DNA of 64,000 bases, taken from contig NW_024704762.1 in assembly GCF_018977255.1 (NCBI RefSeq), positions 8,742,001-8,806,000 on the forward strand. The letters are read 5' to 3'. The position numbers and the translations under genes are program-made. Below the pieces are notes generated by a model. The model was not told the DNA's origin. It saw nothing but the letters and a program-made list of their open reading frames with translations, and made no database searches. This document shows positions 53,742 to 64,000 of the stretch, piece by piece (within the stretch, counting starts at the first letter, position 1; each line of letters begins with the position of its first letter). This stretch comes from Callorhinchus milii (taxonomy: Eukaryota).

Positions 53742-56700
53742 CGAACGTTATGAGTACTGAGTCGACTTAACGCCCTCGGTCTCTTTCGATGCTGGAGCCC
53801 TATCGACGAGAATTAAAATGACCTCGGCTTGGAAAAATTCCTCGTACGAAGTTGGAATTCCACAAGTTTTCCACTAGAGAGCAGCGTCGCTGTGTATGTG
53901 GGAAAAGGGCTGGGCTCACATCCGAAGTGGATCTAATACTGTACTCAAATCCTAAAATCTAAGCCCGGAAATGTATCGGGTTCCGAGCCGCTAAGACCTG
54001 AGCAACATTTGGAAACCGGTCACGATTCGGAAAGAACCGCAGAGACCCAGCCCCAAAATTAGGACCAAATTTTTAAGAATTTCTCTCAAATTCTGTGCGA
54101 TCGTAGCTTTTGAGACGATGAGTCAGTCTTAGGACTGAATCCCTGTGAAACATTAAACCACTGATCTATTGTCTCTGCATATCGATAATTTTTTTTTGGA
54201 GTGGGAGGGGACGGTTAGTTTGAGTTCTGTCCCCTTTCGGCCTCTGTACTGGGGCCAGAACTCAAACCGACCACAGTTCATGGGTAACTAGACAGTGATA
54301 TACACAGCCACACAATTTGTGGTGTGGGGTTTCCACGAAGATCTGGACACTTCAGGGTGAGTCAAAATCGTGAGTTATATAATGAACCAAAGGCTGCAGT
54401 AGATTACGCAGGATAACTCTTTCAAGAACAAATTAAATAGATTTCTGTTAGGGAATAGTATCTTGGGATACCGTATATAGTTTGGGACATGACGTGTGCA
54501 AGCAACTGCCAGGATGTGGTGGAAAATGAACTGGGTTGGACCTTGGTCTTCTTTTGTTTCGCAAATGCTTATGTCCTCATAGACTGCAGTGTGTTACTAT
54601 GTGCTATATAGGGTAACACACAGGTTGGAGCTAGAATAATAATCATCCTTGCGTTTGATACAGCGCCTCATCACGTCATTGAGGGATTTCTCAAAGCGCT
54701 TCACAGAACATGCTGCAAAGTGAATTGACTGTGTGTTTTGCGGGCGAAGCAATGGACCTCAGTGGCTCAGTGGGTCGGTCAGAGGTAGGTCATACAAGAT
54801 AACTCACAGGTTGGAAGTGTGTGACGCACGGGTTATAACCCATGATGAGAAAGGAAATTTACAGGTAAGGCGACTACCCCTTTAAATGAACTTTCTCCCC
54901 CCCCCCCCCCCACCACCACCCCCTCCCTCCTCTCCCTGGCCTGGGTGGAACGAGTTTAGTGAGCGGCACTGATTCCCCACTGTGCAGAGACTTGTTGCTG
55001 AGTGGCTGAATGCACTTTGGCTGCCGTCAGCCTGGCACGGAGACGGCTCGAGGCCAGCGGGCACTGACTGGCCAGGACCCGCTTCCCTCTCGTAATGAGA
55101 CGGCGCTTTTAAAAATGCTGCATTATATCTTCGTCGTTTTTTTTTTATTTTAAAAAAAACTCAAGTCAGGCTTGGCTGGTCACCAGCTCAGACAATCCAA
55201 TCCGAACAGGCATTTCTGATTTGCAACCAGAAATTGCTGATCCCACAGAACTTTAAATACACTAGAACCCACCGCTGACTACTTACTGCAAGGTGAGCCG
55301 CAGATCCGAGCTGCCTTAAAGGTGCCATATATATATATATACATATATACCCCAGGAACAGGACACTGGGGCTCATTTAGAAAAGCAACAACAACAACTT
55401 GCATTTACATTCATCAATTCATTTACGGAACTTGCGCTCCGAGACGCCGCCCCGGGTGAAAGGCACCGTGCAAGTGCAAGTTGTTATTGTTCGCAGCACA
55501 GAAACAGCCCATCAACTCTACCCTGGTGTCTTTACCTCATCTATTTCCCGGTCTGCGGCTCAACTCACCTCATCCATAGCTTCTAACATTCCTCTTTTTC
55601 GCAGCGTCTTATCTAATTCCCTCTTCGCGGGCAAAACCCAAGGCAAGTGTCCTTACTCCGCACACACACGCACACACACGCCTCTGTTTACCCAGCGGTA
55701 AGTAGGAACCCGGTTGTTAGTCGATTGGCGGATCGCTTTCCGGGGGTAAAAATCCCTCCCCCAAAAAATTGAGTCACTCAATCCACGACTGTCTGTGGGA
55801 CCCTGCTGTTTGTGCACAACTGTCTGCCGTGCTTAGCCCACAACATACACAGTCACTCCACTTTACAATATATTCAGTGAAGCGCTTTGAGATGTCTCAA
55901 ACAACGTGATAAGGCGCTGTATCAAATTCAAGGATTATTATTATATAAATGCAATTTATTGTCGTTGTTGTAGGGGAGGAGCTGGTCCTCAGTCACTGCA
56001 AAGGGAGCGTGACCTGTTTAGGAGCCCTGTGCGCTGAGCCAGCCCAATGCCACGCTAAACACTGGCGATGGCATTGAATGCCAAGTGGCCCGAGCCCTGG
56101 CACAGACAGACAGGCGGAGGCACAGGCAGAGCTGGGGCCGGTTTCAAGGAGCCCAGCTGTTCTCCCTGCCCGATTGATCCTACTGCAACCACTGCAAAAT
56201 GCATTGGGAGAGAGAGAGAGCGAGGGAGGGAAGGAAGGAAAGAAAGTGGGAGGGAGGGAGGAAGAGGGAGGAGGTTAAGGGCAATTAACAGACGGTCTCA
56301 AACACCCCCCCTCTTCCCTCTGCCAGAGCTGCATTGCACCAGCCTGATCTGGGCATCGGACACAAACCAGTGCATGTTGCAGTCTCTCTCTCTCCTCTGT
56401 CTTTCTCTCTCCCAGCACTGAGTCCAGCCTGAGCCAGAGGCACACTCACAGTGAGCCTCACTCAATTGAGAGCTCTCAGACCCACAGCCCATCTTATCCT
56501 CCCTCAGTAACCCCCCTACCCCTTCCCTCCCACCTCTCTCTATCTCTCCCTCCCTCGCTCTCTCAGGGCAATACATAACAGGCATTTTACAATAAAGAAA
56601 TAAACACTTCATTGAATAATATTTGTAATAAAGAGAGGGAGGTGACAGACTGCTCCCAGCTCTATTTCTGACATTCCCAGCTCCTCTCTCTCTCTCCAGT

Positions 56701-57023
56701 TTATTTTTATATAGATAGATACAAAATATAATGTAATAATATTCCTTGCATTTGATACGGGACCTTATCACGTCTTCGAGGCAGTCTGAAGTGCTTCAGA
56801 GAATGTACTGTAAAGTGAATTGACTATATTTTGTGAGCGTAGGTAAATATACATATGTTAAAAAACAAATTGCAGATATTTTTACACGACGATAATGATT
56901 AGTGAATTGCAATTGGCAGTTTGGCACTCCAAACAAATCCCCAGAGTCCAGAAATCCCAAATCTAGGAAGACCATATTCCCTTTCTAGGAATCCCAAATC
57001 CCACACCCCAAAAATCCCAATAG

Positions 57024-57060
<37 letters not shown>

Positions 57061-58756
57061 CCCTCCGCCTTGCCCCCTTCCTGCCCCATTTTCAGATCAC
57101 CTCCAAAGATCTTCCTCTTCGATCGTACCCGCAGTTACCTCTCCCCTCTCACCAGCTCAAGGTCAGGCTCCGTCACTGCTTCCCTGGGTGAAAGGCTCCC
57201 TAGTTGTTGTTGTTGTATTACGCAATTAGAAGTAATGTACCTTTAACAGACGTGCACATATGAAATATTTCCACAGAACAATAAGGGGAAAGGGGGCTCG
57301 ATCCCCACTGGCACAGAAACGTCCTAATACACTGTCAGATCATCGCGTAACCCTTTTAATAAAGTAAGTTCTGGTTCCCAGAAAGTTAGGGGTCAAAGCA
57401 AGGTTACAATTCAGCGTTGGAAAGTAATTTGCATTGATTTCCACCATGTTACAGGGAACGAATAATCTAATATGTCACATGCGTCTCTCTCTCTGCCTTT
57501 ATAAATGACTCCAGTGCCAGGCAATGCCACGTTCTCTGAGAAGGTCACCCCATAACCTTCTCCCGGAAGACCATTATCCAGCTCCTCGTGTTGGCTCATT
57601 GAGTAAACAATAATAATAATAATCCTTGCAATTGATGTAGCGCCTTATCACGTCTCCAAGCGCTTCACAGAATATACTGCAAAGTGGATTGGCTGTGTAT
57701 TTTGTGGGCGAAATGCGGGAGCCAATTGCACACAGCAATATCGTGGATTGCGTGACCATATTTTTTGTTTTCTATTACGGAGGGATGATTACTCCCGGAA
57801 AGCGATTTGATAATTGATGAACAACTGGGTTCCGACTTACTCCTGGGTAAACAGAGGCGTGTGTGTGGAGTATGCAAACTTCCCTCACGGTTTCGTCCTG
57901 ACCGGGAATCAAACCCAGGTCTTCTCGCTCGCTCTAACCACTACGCTACAGGATTGCACTTATGGAAACAGATCTGCAGACACACACGTCTCGTTTCTTA
58001 ATACCCCGCTGCCATGTTTTCAACTGTGTTGTATTTTCATTGGAATGTTTCTACACTGGGAAATTGGCTGTAATTATTGCTTGTTTATGCTAATGGACTT
58101 CTTCCCAAGACCCCTGGAGTTTTTCAGGCACCGCTCACCAGCCTCCTACACACAATGAGAGCAGAGACGGAGAGAGACAGAGTGTGAAAGAAGCGAGAGG
58201 AGAGAGAAGGAGTGCGAGAGAAGGAGAAGGAGTGAGAGTGGGCCAGAGAGAAAGCCAGGGATCGTGTAAGACTGAGAAAATGAAAGAGATGCAAAAGAGA
58301 GTAAATGAATGTGGAAGAGATTGACATATAATAACGACGACAACAAATTACATTTGTAGAGCGCCTTTCACGTCGGGAGGACGTCCCAAGGCGCTGACAA
58401 TATACTCACGTAGTGAGAGATAGATAGAGAAAGATTCACACAGAGAGAGAAAGTAAGAGAAAGATGAGAGAGGGAAGGAGGAAGAAAGAGAGGGACTTGA
58501 GGGGAGGTGTAAGTTCCTTCCCCTCCTCCCCACCACCCCATGTCCTCCCTGGAAACTCTAACGTATACTGGGGTTCACCCTCTGTAACTCCTCTTTTTTT
58601 TCTTGCGGAAACCCGGTTTCCAAATTAGCGATGAATATAATAGTTTTCCCAATTTCTCCACTGTTCTCTATTTATGATTGAAATGGTTTTAAGGCTGAGA
58701 CCAGGTAGAATTTCGAGTCTCAGGTGTGACCCTGGGCAGTGCCTCTACCCACTGCG

Positions 58757-58770
58757 CCACTAGGGGGCGC
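58757..58770 (+). promoter_or_regulatory. CTCF consensus site between keap1a and SSBP4
   Basis: CCACTAGGGGGCGC is a near-perfect CTCF core. Confidence 0.6.
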
Positions 58771-61732
58771 TGTAAGATGGTTATAAATAGATGAGGTGTA
58801 CTATTTGTGACACAAGGGATTGGTGTAAGATATTATGCCCCAAAGTCCTTGGACAAGGAAGGGGTTGGGGACAGGGGCTAATTTTCCTTCCCTCCCCAAC
58901 CCCCATGGAACAGAAACACCTCGAGACAAAGAAAACAACGATTGTGTTTTCTATCCCTCTTTTTAAATTATTTTTATTTGCATTGAATGTCGAACACGAG
59001 CTTCCAATTTTGGTAACAGCATAAAATTGCTTTCAAATATTAGGAAACAAACAAACTCCTCCAACTATGACTATTCTGTGACAGTGATTGTGTTGTGCCC
59101 TGGACTTTATACAGGGCCTTATAACAACAAATTACATTTGTATAGCGCCTTTCACGTGGGAAGACATCCCAAACTGCTGAAGCGAAAAAATATTCCCATT
59201 CTCATTCAAATGTTTCCCAAAACGAAATATCTTGGAGCTCTTCACACAGTGAGTTACTTTGAAGTGTAGTGACTGAGGTTTTAAGTGGTCAGACAGACAG
59301 TGAATCAGCAGTATCATCATCCCCATGAAGTCAATGATCAACTAGTCAGACTGCTACTTGGGGAGTAAAGGGGATTAAGGGATATGGAGAGAGACGGGGA
59401 AATTAAATTAAAAGATTTGGTCGGATCTTATAGAATGCCAGGACAGGCTCAAGGGGCTGAAGGGGCTACTCCTCTTCCTATACGAGCCTCCCTCTCAAAT
59501 CTAGCATTGTCACGAAGTATTTAGTCTTCTCCGTTTGGAGATTGGATATTGAACCAGGAACGGAATAGGATTAAAACGCTAATATGAATACAATTGAACT
59601 ATAACACTGAGCTGCACAGACCCAGATGTTGCGGTTTTGACTCCGTCTCCAGGTCTGTGCTCGGTTAGCTGATGGCAGCTGGTGTTTGGCTGGGTCGTGG
59701 GGGGTCTTGGTGAGGGTGATGGTGGGGGGAAATACTATCTTTAGCCTCAGTAATCCATAGCCTTGTTGCCTAGGATCGCACATGGAGACCTGGGGGCCAG
59801 GTGCTGTTGGAAACATGGAGCATATGAGTCAGCGCCTTTAGGAGTGAAGAGGAACTCGCTCTCTCACATCAATGGTGGATCAGTCAGTAACAAGCTATTG
59901 TTGACAGTGTAGGGCAGTGCTTCTTTGTTGGATGTGAGATTCAGGATCCCATGAAACTATTTGAGAAGAGAAGAGACTTTCTTCCAATGTCCTGGCCAAA
60001 AATTGTCCAAGATAAGCTCGAACGTTCAGCCCTCGGCTGTATGTTTTGCACAAACAAGCAAATGAACAGTCACTACACTTGACTGCAATTAGTTGCAAGC
60101 ACTTTCTGACATTATATAAGTGCCGGAGCAATGGCGAGGATTGTTCATTGCGGTCTGAGGAACACAAAGTGATGCCCCTTTAAGATAACACGCTTCCCCG
60201 TTGAAACAAAGGGCTTTTCTTTTCCACAGTGACTGCAGGAGCCAAATAACTCTGAAAAAAAGTGACTTTATGTAATCTGAGCGCAATATACAATTGCTTA
60301 AAGGGGCCGTTGATTTTCGTAACTTGATTGGCGCTGGGCAAATCTTTTTCCCCCAGCTTTTTTGGGGGGCGGTGGGGTGTGGCGGAGTGAGACAGATGAC
60401 ACAGAAACATCCACAGTTACTAACTATCACAGCGACCTGTTTTATTTTGCTGGCAAGTCAATCATTCACACATATATATTAAAAAAAACAAAGAAAAAAT
60501 ACCAGAAACGTGAATAAAAAGCGATAAAATGCCAAAACTTTCCCCTAATTGTCTGATAGGCAATGGGACAGCCCAAAGCTTCGGACATTCCCCCGGTGGA
60601 GGGTTGAAGGACAAATGTCTAAAATGAGATAACTGGGGCAACAGTTCGGGGTTACAGTCATTCTCACTGACCCCTGGTTAGTGAAGGGAACTATCCCACC
60701 CCTGATCCAGAGACCCCCCACCGCCCACCACCACCCCACCACCCTCTCGCTCTCGTCCCACTGAAAAGTGGATGTATGGGTGGTTTGTTGAATAAGGTTA
60801 GTAGTGGGATGGAGTGTGACACTCCCCCTCCCCCTCCCCCTTGAAGATTTACTCATGAGTAACAGTCACTTGGGTGAGGTGCTCAGAGGATGCCCTGGGA
60901 GAGGATACTAGTGGAAAGAAAAAGGAATCTATTTGCATTCATCATAATCCTTGACACTTGGTACAGTGCCTAAAGCATCAAGTGTCACTTGAGAAATTTA
61001 CTGCAAACTGTAGTGACTGTGTATTCTTAGGCAATTTGCACACAGCAACAAACGGTCGTGGATTGAGCGACCAAAATAATCAGGTTCCCACTTACTGCTG
61101 GATAAACAGAGGCGTGTGGAGTAAAGAAACTCGCCTAAGGTTATAAATATAATAATAATCCTTGCATTGGATCCTAAGGTTTCTCACCGCCCGGGAATCG
61201 AAGTCGGGTCCTCTCGCTTGCGAACTGTGAGGCGAGCGCACCAACCGCCGCGCCACGGCCGCTCCACGTAACGTTAACAGCTCGCGGAACGCAGCCTCGT
61301 CAAATAACGAGGCTATTCTTTTTGTCACGGGTGGGCGGGGGTGGGTGGGTGGGGGGGGCGGTGGGGGGGGTGCGGGAGAGCAAATCGGTCGGCTGCGGCG
61401 CGGGCGGCCGAGTGTGCCTTTAAGAAAAACCGGTTTGCCCCATCCATCGGCAGGGGGAGCCAAAGGGATCTACAGGAGCGAAGGCTCCTCTGTGGAGCCT
61501 CCAGCTCAGACGGTTTCAAGTCTCCCCCTCCACCACCACCACCATCCCACCCACCCCCCCCACCCCCCCTCCCATTCCCCCCATTCCCTCCCCTCCTTCG
61601 GAAAATGTGGCTGTGTTTGTGCCCAATGGTCGGGGAGCTTTGCACAGAGGTAGCTATGGAGATGGAGATTGCCTGGCTCCTGCTCTTGAAGGTTTGACAG
61701 GTGTGTGCTCAGCCAGAGACAGAGACCACGGT

Positions 61733-62764
61733 ATGTACACCAAAGGGAAAGGATGTACTGTTCCCTCGGACAGTCAGGCAAGAGAGAAGTAAGTGATGGC
61801 TTCAACACCACACACCACAACACCCAGAGACACACACACAGGGACACAGGGGACAGGGGGGACAGGGGGAGAAGGAGGGGGGGGGGGGGAAGGGGGAAAA
61901 AAAAGAAAGGAAGGAAGGAGGGAAGGAGAGAGGGAGAGAGGGAGAGAGGGAAAGGGGGGCAGAGACCCAGCAGTAGAAATAGAAAGGGGATACATGTGGA
62001 ATTGGGAGAGTTGGATAAGGGGGGATTTCACTCTTCGAGAGGTGCCTTTCTCTGGGTGTGTTTTGGGGGGGGGGGGGGTTGGTGGGGTGGAGGGGTTGGG
62101 GTTGGTTGGTGGTGGTGGGGTGGGGTGGGAGGGGGTGAGGGGGAAGTTTTTTTCCCCCATTTTTTTCATTTTTTTTTACCCCCCCCCAAAAAAAATATAT
62201 ATGTTTGTTGAGCTGTTTGAATTATTTTTTTTTGGGGGTGTGGGGGGTGGGGGGGGTGAAAGGTAAGGGAAAATCTTTGAGGGGGGAGAGAGGGGGGGAG
62301 AGGACAGGGAAAGAAAGTATCTCTCTGGCTCTGGTTATTGAGTGTGAGATGGATACAAACGCTTTTGTTATTGTTAATGCTGATTATTTTTGGGGGATAC
62401 AATGTTTTTTTGCCTGAAATCGCTTCTTTTAGCAATATTTTACCCCCCCCCCCCCCCCGCTTTGATCTGAGTGCTCAAGAGAGAGAAAGAGAGAGAGAGA
62501 GAGAAACATTAGAAGGATACACATCACAATATTAGAAGTCCAGTTTCTAAACACTAAATAATAGAAGTCGAGCAGTTTATTTATTTATTCCCACTCCCCC
62601 CCCACACACTCCCCCACCATTGCTTTTCTGTTGCAGGAGATTTTCCTGTTTGTTTGTGTTCTTCAAGGATGTTTTTTTTTAAAAAACAATTTTAATTAGA
62701 ATTTATTTCTCTCTCTCTCTGTGTGTGTGTGTGTGTGTGTGTGTGTCTCCTTCCTCCACACACC

Positions 62765-62795
<31 letters not shown>

Positions 62796-63359
62796 ACAAA
62801 GTTCTTACTTTTTTGTGTGTGTTGTTGTCACTGCGTATTCTTGACTTCTTTTTTTCTCTCTTTCTATCCCTCTCTCCCGCGCTCTCTCTCTCTTTCTTAT
62901 TCCCCCTTTCTTTTTTTCCACAGATTAGCCTTGTACGTTTATGAATACTTACTTCATGTGGGGGCACAGAAATCGGCTCAGACTTTCTTATCCGAGGTAT
63001 GTATGTGTGTGCGCGCGTGCGTTTTTGTGTTTTATTTCAATTTTGTTTTTATTTGGGTTTTATTGTGGTTTAATTCAACATTGTTCCGAAATGTGGCATT
63101 ATTTCGCCTCTCCTTCTCGCTCAAGCGACCGATTCTATTTCCCCTTGTTGTTTGGTGAATATTTTTCCCCCCTCCCCGCAAAAATAAGACATAGTCACTC
63201 CACTTTACGGTGTGTCCCGTGAAGCGCTTTGAGCCGCCTCGAAGGCGTGATGAGGCGCTGTATGAAATGCAAGGGATTACTATTGTTTTTTTTGCAGATT
63301 CGGTGGGAAAAGAACATAACGTTAGGTGAACCGCCAGGATTCTTACACTCGTGGTGGTG
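61733..63359 (+). CDS. SSBP4: Single-stranded DNA-binding protein (SSDP family, LisH/LUFS domain), first three coding exons; the gene continues beyond the window
   Basis: Exons 61733-61788 ([18 protein letters not shown]), 62924-62996 ([24 protein letters not shown]), 63298-63359 ([20 protein letters not shown]). The family assignment is secure; SSBP4 is preferred over SSBP2/3 by 19p13-type synteny. Confidence 0.88.
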
Positions 63360-63556
63360 GTGAGTGTTTATTTTCACGTGGAAATTATCTTTCTCCCTCT
63401 ATTCTTTTGATTTATATATATATATATCATATATATCATATAAAACCCAACGTTTGATGTTTGCCAGAAGGAGATCCGATTCTTGAACAAAGGAAATCTG
63501 ACTCCAGATGGTGTGAGGCAATGTCATCCCCTTTGAAAGCCAGTGAGCTGGGGTGA

Positions 63557-63588
<32 letters not shown>

Positions 63589-64000
63589 GCTCCCTTCCTC
63601 TCTCTCTCTCTCTCTACACGTTTCCAAAATATGCAGAGATAGATAGACTCCTGCTCTCTCTTCGACACCCCCCCCCTCCCCCCACCCCCAACCCTCACCC
63701 TCTCTCTCTAGTTCTTGAAGCAACTTCGGACTTATTCAAAAGTGGCAGATTTTCGATTTCCTCCCCAAGAACAAAACGAGCGATTATTTTATATTAAAAA
63801 ATTCTCCGGCCAGCCCCCCGCTGGCTGGCTGGCTGGCTGGTTTGGGAAATGTTGCTGGGTTGGTGTGAAACTGCCGTGAAACTGAGCCACACTGAGCTGT
63901 AAAGGTCCCAGGCTCCATCCCCCGCCCGGTCTGTTTGTTGCTGTTAGTTGATCCCAACCTGGTTAGGAGTGAGTTGGGGGTGGGATTACACTGGCCTCAG

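Overview
Gene-dense vertebrate genomic DNA with spliceosomal introns and no prokaryotic features. The compact introns, the Deu-domain/tRNA SINEs, L2 and CR1 relics and the presence of keap1a suggest a cartilaginous fish, probably a holocephalan (inference). I assembled six genes exon by exon from splice sites and reading-frame phase: the 3' half of FCHO1 (+), REX1BD/C19orf60 (+), CRLF1 (-), TMEM59L (+), a Keap1a-type KEAP1 paralog (+) and the first three coding exons of SSBP4 (+). Apart from keap1a, these genes map to human 19p13.11. Most long ORFs in the supplied track are artefacts of minisatellites, SINEs or GC-rich low-complexity DNA. Main points: (1) an AT-AC minor-spliceosome (U12) intron in FCHO1; (2) a Keap1a lacking both the Cys151 and Cys273 sensor equivalents but with a Cys at the His129 position; (3) a decayed R4/Dong-clade retrotransposon with a restriction-like endonuclease, invisible in the ORF track; (4) minisatellites built from repeated 5' splice-site motifs next to real donors; (5) a candidate 3-nt microexon and a C-terminal extension in CRLF1; (6) uORFs upstream of keap1a and SSBP4; (7) SINE/L2 sequence that appears to supply splice-acceptor signals. 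I found no evidence for a wholly new multi-gene system. Gene names come from recalled protein motifs and synteny, not from database searches.
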